64,000 bases of DNA from Octopus vulgaris (Eukaryota), in assembly GCA_951406725.2 (NCBI GenBank), contig OX597828.1:67456001-67520000 (forward strand), written 5' to 3'. Every line of letters starts with the position of its first letter. Position 1 is the first letter of the stretch. Below, one piece after another: positions 26,855 to 40,429 of this stretch. The notes under the pieces were generated by a model, which was given only the letters and a program-made list of their open reading frames with translations, was not told the origin of the DNA and searched no databases. The position numbers were made by a program, and so were the translations under genes.

Positions 26855-28155
26855 ATATATATACATACATATATATATAACTATATATACACATATATAT
26901 AGCTACATTTACATGACTATGCACACGCACATACACACACACATACATACATACATACATACATACATACATACACACGCACATACATATATACACGCAT
27001 ACATACATACACCTATGCAGTGTTAAAGGTGAACCAGAGTTAGGAGAAATTTATCCACCTCGAAAATAGGAAAATGTTGTTGCTGCTCTAAATGATGTCC
27101 TTTTGTGTTTGTCTGTTGTTTTAAACTAATAAACTCAGCTGACATTTTGTTTTCTGTTCAGACTTTTACATTGAATGACGTTTAAATGAGTGCTTTCGTG
27201 TCATCTGTAGTGGACACATACATAAATATGGGCGCACGTGTATTTTCATAAATACGCACATACGTATATGCGTAGACATGTACGTAGATATTTTAATAGA
27301 AAATGTATGTGAGAATGTATATGTATATGTGTGTGTGTGTACGTGCGTGCGTGTCAGAAAATGCACACTTACACACACACACATATACACATACATATGC
27401 ACCTATAAAGTACATTCATTACACACCTACATACGTACATGCAACTACTTGTTCAAAAGTTCTGAACAACTGTTTCTTTTTGTTTTCTCTCACTTACTCT
27501 CTCTCTCTCTCCACTTTCTCTCCTTCCCTCCCCCCCTCTCTCTCTCTCTCTGTCTCCTCTCTCTGTACATTTTCCTTAATGCGCTGCTACTACACACAAG
27601 AACTTGAAAAAGCATTCGCTGCGGGATTTTGTCTCAGGGAAATTATTCTCTCTAAAGACTTTGTGTAAAAGCAGGAGTAGTAGAAAGTATTATACAAAAG
27701 GCAAAGTTAATTAGAGGTTAGGGTTGGTAGTCAACATGGTGGTGAATTGATAGGATTTGTGAAATAACAAACTAAATACTTCAAGGTATTCAATTGCGTC
27801 GCTTTACTTTCTGAGTTCAAATCCCGTCGTGTTTATCTCTTATCAAATAAAGAATTAGTCAAGATTTACTTTCGGATTAATTGACCGCTCCTTCCACCAT
27901 ATTTCTAATCTTTTGCTTAAGTCAGAAACGATTATTAATTATTGTTGTAACAAAATTTGACCGCTTTATTTATGCATTCTCAGTTCAAATCCAGATCTAG
28001 TCGCAGTTTTCTTTTCTGCCATCCTGGGACAAAAGTTGAAAGGTAGGAAGCATGTCTTGGAGTTGATTCAACAGTTGTATACCACTCCCTTGGTGACCTT
28101 GTGTCAATATAAGAAATTATCATCATCATTGTCATCGTCATCATCATCGTCGTCG

Positions 28156-28187
<32 letters not shown>

Positions 28188-28851
28188 GTGTAAGCACATG
28201 GAGGTTTTCTTTATTTACTTGTATCTTGAGACAGCCATCTACATTGTCCATTCTAATGAAGTATATACTTTAATAGGTATGTTCTAGTAAATTCCTACCT
28301 CTTCCTTACAAAAAGAAGAGGAAAATAAAATGGCCGTGTGCACTTATGATAGACAAATAGGTACACCTACTTATTGTTCAGTGAATTTCTCCAGTCTAAT
28401 ACGTTTTTATTTGATAATGCAACCCCCCACCCCTCTCACGCTTTCCTCCCGTTATGATGGACAACAACACCGCAGGTGACAGTAAACTTAAGGATTATTA
28501 AACACAAAGCTTTGCTCTGTTGATTAAATATTATAATTAGAAGCTGGCAGACATAAAGGTTATCAAGTGGTCATTGTTTGTGGTGAAGAGTGAGAAAGAA
28601 CGCCGCGTAGTGGTTTGTGTAGGTGAGAAGAAAAGATAAGAGAAACTGGGCCAAGCTCTCAAGTGACAGCATTGCAGTAGTAAATCGGGAGAAACTGAGG
28701 TTTTGAGTAAACAGCAGAGGAAAATGGCTGCTGTTGTGGGTGTTGTTTAGCCCTAAGGCTAGTCCTGATTAAGCAGACAAATGGTCAAAGGCGTTTCTAC
28801 CATGACCATCCCGTTTTTTCTTTGTGACATAGTATATGTAGAAATATATTA

Positions 28852-29220
28852 TCTCTCTATATATAAATGGCAAGATGTCTGTCTGCGTGCGTGTCCTTTA
28901 TACAAATCCACAATTTTTCAATTAGAGGGCTCACACTTTCTATGGTCATTTAAAACCGTCCAAGGGTGGTCGTTAACATCTTTACATTTCCACAGTCACC
29001 CCGCAAAGCCATTAAAAAAATCAATAGAAGTGACATTATTGTGAATTTTCTATCCAAAACCCAATCAAAATGCCCGAAACTTGATACACCAATTGAATGT
29101 TAGCTAGCTGTATGTGATTGGTCGGAGATTTGGACAGTACTCACGTGTATGTGCGCACGCACGCAGCTGTATATGCATGCATTAGCACTATGACCCGGCG
29201 TTGCCGGGTCATAGTGCTAG
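28852..29220 (+). mobile_element. Non-autonomous Helitron, family H1, full length
   Basis: A|TCTCTCTATATATAAA 5' end, GC-rich terminal hairpin, CTAG|T 3' end, inserted between A and T without TSD. Confidence 0.85.
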
Positions 29221-29390
29221 TCCAATATATAGTGCTAGTCCAATATATAGTGCTAGTCCAATATATAGTGCTAGTCCAATATATAGTGCTAGTCCAATAT
29301 ATAGTGCTAGTCCAATATATAGTGCTAGTCCAATATATAGTGCTAGTCCAATATATAGTGCTAGTCCAATATATAGTGCTAGTCCAATAT
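29211..29390. repeat. Ten perfect copies of the 18-mer ATAGTGCTAGTCCAATAT
   Basis: Counted directly; the unit is the Helitron 3' end plus flank. Confidence 0.95.
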
Positions 29391-30299
29391 ATAATGGAAG
29401 ATATATGTTTAGAGAGTAAGTGTTTGACTTATTTCTAACATGTCTGAGGACCATATAGAAGCTATCCATATTGACACGAGAATCTTGAGATTTACTGGTA
29501 TAATCATATATTGGGAAGAATGGTGTCTAATATGCTGTTTTTAAACTTGGAGGTGAGTAATACCGGGGGAAGTTAAGGGGCTTAGAAATTCAGATTTTTG
29601 CTCGGCAAATATGTAGGATCAGACAGAAAACTCCTGTGCTTTTTGTTCAGGATCTCCACACTCTGAGTTCAAACTTACCGAAGTCAATTTTACCTTTGGT
29701 CGTTTCGGAGTCGATTAGCAAATCAGGATGATCAGGTGATTGGTGGATTTGTAAGACCATCGTCAGACCAAATAATTAGTGGCTCATTTGGTGCTGGACA
29801 GGGCTAAACAGTCCAGTCCTAGGAACACGTCATTCAGCCCAACATTAGACAGCATAGAGTGGTAGAGGCAAAGGTGTGCTGAGGTTTTCATGCTACAGTG
29901 AATTGAAAATGGTAAATGAGAGATAGGTATTCTCCGAATTTGTCGAAGTGCTGGTGTTTTGTTAGTCCGGCAACAATGATTAGCCAGAGATGCAAATTTA
30001 TAGAATTAAAAAGGCTATAGACACTAGGTTCGACCTCACTGACGCAAATACATCACTAGTGCCTATTTTGTTAAATACAACCTGTACTTCTATATGCCCA
30101 GGCGGTTTGCTAGAAATAGTCCCCCATTAATGCACATACTATTGTCATAAAAAAACTGATTAATACATCGAACAATATCATTAGTCAGTGATACATTGCC
30201 GGGACATATTTAATCATATACCTGGTCAGGGTTGACCTGAAATTAAACAACTACAACACTAACAACTCCAGAAAAAAGTTGTTACGTGGATGCTTGACC

Positions 30300-30613
30300 A
30301 GCAAGAAATAGCAACCAAATCCACTGTCTTCAATAAGAAGCATGACTCATTAAATGATTCAGTCCTAGGTACCCTTTAGAATACTTTTGATCATAGGTCT
30401 TCTGGGTCAGGCGCTACTGTCAGGCTACACAGTTGCTAATGAAGCTTCTACGTGGTAGCAAGAAATAGCAACCAAATCCACTGTCTTCAATAAGAAGCAT
30501 GACTCATTAAATGATTCAGTCCTAGGTACCCTTTAGAATACTTTTGATCATAGGTCTTCTGGGTCAGGCGCTACTGTCAGGCTACACATTTGCTAATGAA
30601 GCTTCTACGTGGT
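30300..30613. repeat. 157-bp tandem duplication
   Basis: Units start at 30300 and 30457; one difference seen (acagttgc versus acatttgc). Confidence 0.9.
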
Positions 30614-31179
30614 AGCTCGACTGCTAGAAATAGCAACCAAATCTCCTCCAAATGGTTTCTCGCTATCTTTTATACCCAGTTTCAATTATTAACATTCCAA
30701 GTCAACATTTCAAAATGTTCTCGGCCTCATCTTTTCATTGTATTGAGAATATAAGCGTGCTTTTTTAAAGTACAAAATTGAAAATAAAATGACAACTACA
30801 AAAAGGTGCCGCGCTTTGTAGTCATCATCAAAGGATGGTGGGAATAATGATGTAACTTATAAAATCACTATCGGCAAATTTAAAACAGCTTAACTCATAA
30901 CTCTTGATTATTTACATAGTTTATTTTATGTGCAGCACCTGTGTGCTGACTTTTGATTTGTGTTTTGTATTTATGAAAACTCCCATCGTTAACCTAGATT
31001 ACTCTCTTTACTCTTTTACTTGTTTCAGTCATTTGACTGCGGCCATGCTGGAGCACCGCCTTTAACATAGAATTCTGTTACGGAAAGACAACGCTATCAA
31101 CTAATGGATTTACATGGATTGTGCTCTTTATTTAATGTAGCCTGCTGGTGTCATTATGTGTATATATGTATGTATAAAC

Positions 31180-32097
31180 ATATACATACATACATACATA
31201 CATACATACACACACACATACATACATACATTCATACATACATACATACATACATACATACATACATACATACATACATACATACATACTTCCATACATA
31301 CATACATACATACATACATACATACATACGTACATACATACATACATACATAAATACATACATACGTACATACATACATACATACATACATACATACATA
31401 CTTCCATACATACATACATTCATACATACATACATACACATATACATACATACATACATACATACATACGTACATACATACGTACATACATACATACGTA
31501 CATACATACATACATACATACATACTTCCATACATACATACATTCATACATACATACATACATACACATATACGTACATACATACGTACATACATACATG
31601 CATACATATTTCCATACGTACATACATACATGCATACATACATACATACATACATACGTACATACATACATACGTACATACATATATACATACATACATA
31701 CTTCCATACGTACATACATGCATACATACTTCCATACGTACATACATACATACATACATACATACATACATACATACATACATACGTACATACATACATA
31801 CATACATACATACTTCCATACATACATACATTCATACATACATACATACACATATACATACATACACATATACATACATACATACATACATACGTACATG
31901 CATACATACATACATACATACATACATACATACATACATACGTACGTACGTACGTACATACATACATACATACATTCATACATACATACATACACATATA
32001 CATACATACACATATACATACATACACATATACATACATACATACATACATACATAAGTACATACATACATACATACATACTTCCATACATACATAC

Positions 32098-32128
<31 letters not shown>

Positions 32129-32416
32129 CGTACATACATACATACATACATACATACATACATACATACGTACATGCATACATACATACTTCCATACGTA
32201 CATACATATATACATACGTACATACATACATACATACATACATACATACATACATACATACATAAGCACATACATACATACGTACATACATACATACATA
32301 CATACGTACGTAGGTACATACATACATACATACATACATACATACATACATACATACATACATACATACATACATACATACATACATACATACATACATA
32401 CGTACATACATACATA
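31180..32416. repeat. ~1.2-kb (CATA)n microsatellite with recurring variants
   Basis: Direct; interspersed cttc, cgta, cattc and catg variants. Confidence 0.95.
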
Positions 32417-33963
32417 CACTTGCGTCGGAAATTAATTAGCACTTCTCAAATTTCTACATTTTCTTACATTTTCTTAATTTAATTAACTTATCAGAAACGA
32501 ACTCGTTTTTAATCAAAAATTTATTAAAACATATCCCAGCACACCACATAATTGTTATTAATCGTGAAATTTAGTCAATATCTTGTTGCTCCTCCTTTGG
32601 CAGCAATGACAGCTGCTACGCAGGTCGGCATGCTGTCTATGAGTGCCTGCAGGTACTGTGCAGGGATGGCCCTCCATGCAGCAAGAAGTGCCCCAAACAG
32701 CTCGTGTCGGTTCCTGTATTGCTGCACATTCAAATCCCTACCCAATCGACTCCAGAGGTTCTCAATAGGGTTCAGGTCAGGTTCTCAATAGTGTTCAGGT
32801 CAGGTCAGGTGACTGGCCAGGCCAGTTGGGCATAGAGCCGCCCAACACCACTGTAGCTGAACGCCCCTCACACCATCAGACCACCCCACCATGCTTCATG
32901 GTGGGAGCAATGCAGTCTTTGTTGAAGCGCTCACCCCTGCGGCGTTGCACATGGACAGGCTTGTCACTGACGAGACTGAATCGCGACTCGTCAGTGAACA
33001 TCACTGTCTGCCACTGCTGCACGGTCCATGTCTTGTGGGCACGGGCCCAGAGCAGCCGCCTCTTCCGGTTTTGTCTGTAAGGAGCGGCTTCCAGTAATCT
33101 GGTCTTGACGGTGGTTGTAGACAACTGCTTCCCTGTCATCTTTTGCATCTCCTCCGCCAGTTGCCGGCTCGTTGCCCTTCGGTTGTACAGTGACTTTCGG
33201 ATCAGCATCCGGTCCTCCTGCTGGGTCGTCAGCCTCTTCCGTCCCCTACCCTTTTTGTCGGCTGCTGATCTGGTTTCCTCGTATTTCTTAAATAAGCAGT
33301 GAATTGTGCGCCTGGCTACACGAAGTTTTCTGGCTATTGCAGCCTCCGACAGCTTCCCACGCCACGAGAGAGCCTCGTACCGTCTCTCCAAGGTCATGCG
33401 AGGTCTTGGGCCCATCTAGGAATGAACGATAAAAACCAGTTATTTTCATTAAAACTATTCATTTGAATAATGTTATGCTATAACAAAACTGCTATGAGTT
33501 ATTATTCATTAAACAAAAAAGAAAGAAAGCAGAATTTCTCACCTTATTTGATGTATAACAGAAAGTTTTGTGAACCGGAAGTGACGTCATCAAGCAGAGT
33601 GTAGGAGAATTTGTGAAGAAAAAAAAATCTTGCAAATACACAAATCAATTAACCTACGAGCTGTTCAAAACGTCTTACGCGATGAGAAAACTTAGTACGG
33701 TGTGATTTCGGTCCTTGCGAGGCGCTACCTATATCTATTAAACAAAGGAAGATTTGTCTGCATCCGCACTCCAAGTTGTTGTTGCACTGCTATGTCGACA
33801 TCATTAGGCTGTAGACTCTCAAACTGCTCTGCAAACAAAGTTACGTCATTGTTCTGCACAACAGTGAACTCACAACAAAACAATAGTTAAAGATATGGCC
33901 ACTAGGTGACAGCAAATACCTTGAGTGAAGAGCAATCAAGGGTGCTAATTAATTTCTGACGGT
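32417..33963 (-). mobile_element. Tc1-like DNA transposon (defective)
   Basis: TA|cacttgcgtcggaaattaattagcac left TIR and gtgctaattaatttctgacggt right TIR running into the gap; transposase inside. Confidence 0.9.
32575..33415 (-). pseudogene. Tc1 transposase pseudogene
   Basis: HTH, GRKR linker, VMFTDESRF (first D), WPGQSPDL..NPIENLW and AKGGATRY*; the second-D region is deleted and frameshifts are present. Confidence 0.9.
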
Positions 33964-34063
33964 NNNNNNNNNNNNNNNNNNNNNNNNNNNNNNNNNNNNN
34001 NNNNNNNNNNNNNNNNNNNNNNNNNNNNNNNNNNNNNNNNNNNNNNNNNNNNNNNNNNNNNNN
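33964..34063. other. Assembly gap (100 N)
   Basis: Run of N. Confidence 1.
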
Positions 34064-34773
34064 ATATATACAAGCACATGTACATACATATATACATACA
34101 TATTTACATGCATACATACATATTCGCTTCAAAATTTAACAAAAGCAAAAGGCAGGGATGAGGAGGAAGAAGAGGAACAGGAGGATGAAGAAGAAGAAGA
34201 AGAAGAAGAAGAAGAAGAAGAAGAAGAAGAAGAAGAAGAAGAAGAAGAAGAAGAAGAAGAGGAGGAGGAGGAGGAGGAGGAGGAGGATGCCGTTGTTGTT
34301 ATTGTTACTGTTATAGTTTAACCCTGATGTCAGCTTTGATCCAGTAGACCTACGATGTAACACAGCCATGACCTTCCTGGCTTAATCTAAAGTATCTTAA
34401 ACTCAACATGATCCAATTTAATTTAAGACATAATGGTGCAACATATGGAGAGGAGGATTTGGCTGCTATTTCAAACAGGTCAACCCAGTTGTGTAGAGGC
34501 TGCCTCATTGGTTCGCTGTTTCCTTCCATTTTTAACACTATATCGTGTTTTTCCTTGTGTATTTTTTTAAGGCTGTTATTTCTACAATGAAATACTAAGT
34601 AGCTGCAAATATTCATCGAGAAGGGAAAACGATATTAGCCGATAATTCATCTTTTAATTTTAGAAGCACGTAAGGGACACAACTTCGGACTTGCTTTATT
34701 ATTATTATGACTCGTCAGCGAAATGTAGTATTTGTTTCAGTAATCAAAGAAATGACGAAAGAATTATTAAGTA

Positions 34774-35131
34774 TACTCTTTTACTCTTTTACTCTTTTAC
34801 TTGTTTCAGTCATTTGACTGCGGCCATGCTGGAGCACCGCCTTTAGTCGAGCAAATCGACCCCGGGACTTATTCTTTGTAAGCCTAGTACTTATTCTATC
34901 GGTCTCTTTTGCCGAACCGCTAAGTGACGGGGACGTAAACACACCAGCATCGGTTGTCAAGCAATGCTAGGGGGACAAACACAGACACACAAACATATAC
35001 ACACACACACTTATATATATATATACATATATACGATGGGCTTCTTTCAGTTTCCGTCTACCAAATCCACTCACAAGGCATTGGTCGGCCCGGGGCTATA
35101 GCAGAAGACACTTGTTCAAGATGCCACGCAG
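34774..35131 (-). mobile_element. SINE family B, young copy, head truncated
   Basis: (tactcttt)3 tail, gactgcggccatgctggagcaccgcc, internal microsatellite and CORE-like segment. Confidence 0.9.
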
Positions 35132-36049
35132 TTTGGTCATATAGTATTAAAAACTTTAATTTGAACGGTTAAGGTAGATGGGTATTGTAGTGGTTTATGC
35201 CCGGCTTAGCTCTGAGCGACGATAGCTATAATCAGAAGTATTCCAGCCTTGACCATCCTGCCTTTTGGGCAGTATGTGAAACCCCACAATGCAATGATTC
35301 TTGGTTTGTTTTTGTTTTTGTTTTTTTTTGTGGTCGGATTCGATTAGCAATAGATTTAGCTGCTTTTTCTCGCAAGTCCTGCGACCTCTTACACACGCTC
35401 TCTCTCTCCCTTTCTTTGACTCTTCTTGACTCTCTCTCTCTCTCTCTCTCTCCCGCTCTTTCACTGCTCTTTCTCTTTTCCTCTCTCGTTCTCCCCCCCC
35501 CCTCTCTCTCTCGGAAGAGCAAGACTACACAGAACACCGTGCATTGACCTCTGTACGGAACTGAAAGGAGAGGTTACAATATCATTTCACCTTCCAACGT
35601 CCTATCCAAGGGGAACTGAATTTCACATCCGCTTTATCTCTTCTTATCGGTTAATATGCCACTTACCTGTCTTGAACAGATGTGACAATTAATTTATCTC
35701 TCATTGACTAAGAAAGGTCGATGCCCTCAGCTTGATTAGTCTTCTTGGCCAATGTGAAATGATGAAGCTCAGCCCCCGGTCCTCTTCTCTGATTAGAAAT
35801 GTTATTGTTGTTTGTTTTTAGTCAAGAGATCAGATACTTCAGGGAAGATTTTTAAAATGTTTTTTTTAATTATTTTTAGATATACTTTTACATTTTACCG
35901 ATAAAATAAAATAGATTAAACTATGTTGTTCAAAACATACCAAAGAGTACCATATGTTACACAATAACAAATAATTGAGTAAAATGTGACGTTGAAGACT
36001 TTATGCCATTGTGGCTAACAAAATAAATCACGATAATTGTTATTGTTGT

Positions 36050-36432
36050 TAAGGCATCGAGCTGGTAAAATCGTTTGCACGTCGGGCAAGATGCTTAGCG
36101 GTATTTTGCCCGTAGCAAAAGGCGGCGAGCTGGCAGAAACGTTAGCACGTCGGGCGAAATGCTTTGCAGTATTTCGTCTGCCGTTACGTTCTGAGTTCAA
36201 ATATATACCTATTTCTTTACTAGCCACAAGGGGTTAAACACAGAGCGGACAGACAAACGGATTAAGTCGATTATATCGACCCCAGTGCAGAATTGGTACT
36301 TATTTAATCGACCCCGAAAGGATGAAAAGCAAAGTCGCCCTCGGCGGAATTTGAACTCAGAACGTAGCGGCAGACGAAATACCGCCAAGCATTTCGCCCG
36401 GCGTGCTAACGCTTCTGCCAGGTCGCCGCCTT
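36050..36432. mobile_element. Cluster of SINE family A: two + strand heads and one full - strand copy
   Basis: Heads at ~36050-36117 and 36119-36201; complete reverse copy ~36207-36432. Confidence 0.85.
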
Positions 36433-37128
36433 ATTCGGAGGATATATACCATGTTAAGCTATGTGTGAACCGGTGTCAGACAATGTTAAGGACACCAATC
36501 TAGAAGTTATAGCTGTTATATATCAACGTCTTGACCCTACCTGTCAGTGTTATGTATGTCATCAAATGAGAAATTACTCCAGAACAGGTTGCAGTCTAAA
36601 CTGCAGAGCCAGCTGGTCATATGTGGTCATATGGTCGGCAAGTAATAGCAGCCTAATATCCTTCATGAAAAATTATACCTGGACTTTGGTTTGCAGTTTA
36701 AATTGCAGAGCCAGCTAGTATGTAGTTATATTGTCTGTCAGAAGTAGAGGCCAAATCTCCTAGTTATACTACATTGAAAAAAATACATGCTGCATAATGT
36801 ATCATACAAACAATACTTGAAAAATAAGACAGGATTGCCATTGCCGGAATGTCTTTGATTAGTAAGTCTACATAAAGTTGGCCTAGGATTACGCAAATTA
36901 ACAACTGGTTCTATAACGGAATCTATAAATCCGCCTCTTCGTCACCAACATTATCGCGTCGTGATAATCGCTGTCGTCACTATCGTCACCGTCATCATTA
37001 TTATCATCGTCTTCATGGTCATCATTAACGTCAGCGTTGTCATCATCATCATCATCATCGATAATACCTTTCAAATTTTCTTTGCCCCTTGTCGCTCTAT
37101 TATCATCATTACTCTATAATCATCATTG

Positions 37129-37129
37129 G

Positions 37130-37173
<44 letters not shown>

Positions 37174-37276
37174 TGTAATTGTGGTGTTGTTGGTGTTGGT
37201 GGTGGTAGTAGTAGTAGTAGTAGTTGTGGTGTTGGTGTTGGTAGTAGTAGTTGTGGTGTTGTTGGTGTTGGTGGTG

Positions 37277-37338
<62 letters not shown>

Positions 37339-37393
37339 TGTGGTGGTGGTGTTGGTTGTAGTAGTTGTGGTGTTGTTGGTGTTGGTGGTGGTG

Positions 37394-37424
<31 letters not shown>

Positions 37425-37468
37425 CAGTTGTGGTGGTGGTGGTGGTGTTGGTGGTGGTGGTAGTAGCT

Positions 37469-37517
<49 letters not shown>

Positions 37518-37690
37518 GGGAGGAGCAGCATGATGATGATGATGATGATGATGATAATGATAATGATAATGTATCATACCGACATAATCATTATCCTCTT
37601 CTTCCTCTTTCTTACCCACTTCCCAGCCTCTTCATCATAATCATCACCATTATCATCATCATAATCATCATCATCATCATCATCATCACC
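37129..37690. repeat. Compound trinucleotide repeats (GTA/GGT/GTT, GAT, CAT)
   Basis: Direct. Confidence 0.95.
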
Positions 37691-38156
37691 ATTACTTCTC
37701 TCAATTTTGCCCACCATCTTTTTTTACTCGCTGCTGTCTCAATTGTTTGCTCTAATTACCGTCTTGCGTACGAAAATTAAGTAAAATTAATACACCCACC
37801 CACACCCCCACCCCCACACACACACACAAATACATACTCAAGCATACATAACACGTAGACAAACACGCACACAAACGCGCGTGCGGCGGCGTAAACTATA
37901 AAACCAAATAATATTCTATTAAATTTAATTGTATGGAAGCCACTAAGCACCACCTTCCCTTCCCTGTTTATTCTAATTTAATTTAATCAGCTGACTTTGC
38001 TGTGTTTGCACCTATCTGTCTACAGCGGAACATTTTCTCCATGAGAAGATACGGTGAATGGCATTCTTACGGGTTCGAATATCGCCCCAAGCATATTTGA
38101 ACTAATAACAAGTTTGTATCTTTGTTACATTCTTGTTAAAATTTTATAGTTTTAGG

Positions 38157-38277
<121 letters not shown>

Positions 38278-38331
38278 TTATAATATTAGGGAGTAAATCC
38301 AAACTTACAGGGAAAAATTAGATTTAATATA

Positions 38332-38364
<33 letters not shown>

Positions 38365-38369
38365 ATATA

Positions 38370-38535
38370 TACGACAGGCTTCTTTCAGTTTCCGTCTATC
38401 AAATCCACCCACAAAGCTTTGATCGGCCCAAGGCTATAGTAGAAGACACTTGCCCAAGGTTCCACGCAGTGGGATTGAACCCGGAACCATGTGGTTGGTA
38501 AGCAAGCTACTTACCACATAGCAACTCCTGCACCA
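38370..38535 (-). mobile_element. SINE family B, 5' half with tRNA-like head
   Basis: Minus strand gcaggagttgctatgtggtaagtagcttgctt..gggttcaatcccactgcgtggaaccttgggcaagtgtctt. Confidence 0.85.
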
Positions 38536-38834
38536 ATGTATGTATTTGTGCATGTGTGTGTGTGTCTGTGTTTGTCCGCCTCGACTGGTCACAAAAAAAT
38601 ATAGTATTATCTTTTATTCATAGGACTGCGGCCATACTGGAGCACTGCTTTGAAGGGTTTAGTCAAAGAATTCGGCGGTAGTAGTTATTTTTTTAAAGGT
38701 TAGTACTTATTCTATCGGACTCTTCTACCGCACCACTATGTTACAAGGACATAAGCGAACCAACTCTGGTTGTCAAGCGGTGAGGAGAGAAAAAAATACC
38801 AGCATGAATACACGCACACGCGCGCGCACACACG

Positions 38835-38879
<45 letters not shown>

Positions 38880-38982
38880 ACACACGCACATATAGGTATT
38901 ATAGATATTAAGATGTCTATCGGCAGATTTTGTAAAAATATTGTTTGTTGTTGATATTGTTGTCGTTGGTTCTAAGTTAATC

Positions 38983-39308
38983 CTTCTTCTTCTTCTTCTT
39001 CTTCTTCATCTTTCTGTTCTTCTTCTTCTTCTTCTTCTTCATCTTTCTGTTCTTCTTCTTCTCCTTCTTCTTCTTCTTCCTCTTCTTCTTTTTCTTCATC
39101 TTTCTGTTCTTCTTCTTCTTCTTCTTCTTCTTCTTCTTCTTCTTCTTCTTCTTCTTCTTCATCTTCCTCTTCTTCTTCTTCTTCTTCTTCATCATCTTCC
39201 TCTTCATCTTCCTCTTCATCTTCTTCTTCTTCTTCTTCTTTTTCTTTTTCTTTTTCTTCTTCTTCTTCTTCTCCTCCTCCTCCTTCTTCTCCTCCTCCTC
39301 CTCCTCCT
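38983..39308. repeat. (CTT)n/(CCT)n polypyrimidine microsatellite
   Basis: Direct. Confidence 0.95.
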
Positions 39309-39992
39309 CAATGCAGAAATCTATTGTTCATAGTTTCTTTTACTTTTAAGCCAGTTTTCTTTAGATATCGTTAAATGTTTTGGGGTGGTGTTTTTTTTTC
39401 TTTTTGTTTTTTTTTTTTGCCTTTGTTATTTTATTAATATTTCCAAATTGTCGGTTTGTAAATCTTCTCTGACAATACTTTATCGGATTAGCTGCTACTT
39501 GTTTCGGCAGCTCTTTACATAAATTACTTAAGCAACTTCCACAAGAAAGACTCTCCTTTCGTTTCGAATCATCTTTGATGACTGTTGTGTATACAAAGAG
39601 TGGCTTCTTGTTAAAGAAAACTTAATAAAACTCAACCACTCGCTCAATCCTCGAAATCAGCTTAGTAAAATATTCTCTCTGGCAGTATTCTATGCTGTCA
39701 AGATTTCCATTATAGAAGTTCAATTCTGTTTAATTGTTTGAAATGTTGGATTTACTTTTTTTGTCTGTGTGGAATGGATGATCCGTTATATAAAACGAAA
39801 GACAAGATAAGAATTCTTTTTAAGCAAAAAGAAAGAAAATGCCATTACGTTCTATTTCAAATATACAGATTTTCAACCAAAGCTAAAAAGGAAGTAATTT
39901 TACGTTTGTACGATTTGAACGTTTGGATCCTAAAGTGGAAATTCTTGACCTTTATTTCAGGCATTTTCGACTCTTAAGTCCCTTATTAAAGA

Positions 39993-40318
39993 CTAGCACT
40001 ATGACCCGGCGTTGCCCGGTCATAGTGCTAGTGCATGCATATACAGCTGCGTGCGTGCGCACATACACGTGAGTACTGTCCAAATCTCCGACCAATCACA
40101 TACAGCTAGCTGGCATTCAATTGGCGTGTCAAGTTTCGGGCATTTTGATTGGGTTTTGGATAGAAAATTCACAAAAAAGTCACTTCTATTGATTTTTTTA
40201 ATGGCTTTACGGGGTGACTGGGGAAATGTAAAGATGTGCACGACCAACCTTGGACGGTTTTGTTTGATCATAGAAAGTGCGAGCACTCTAACTGAAAAAT
40301 TGTGGATTTGTATAAAGG

Positions 40319-40384
<66 letters not shown>

Positions 40385-40407
40385 TTTGCCGTTTATATAT
40401 AGAGAGA
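39993..40407 (-). mobile_element. Non-autonomous Helitron, family H1, full length with expanded (TG)n
   Basis: Minus strand A|TCTCTCTATATATAAAC ... hairpin ... CTAG|T. Confidence 0.85.
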
Positions 40408-40429
40408 TTTCATCCCTTCCTTTAACACA

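Noticed and set aside
29211-29390. Possible CRISPR array or repeat protein
   Set aside because: Contiguous 18-bp units with no spacers, no cas genes and a eukaryotic context.
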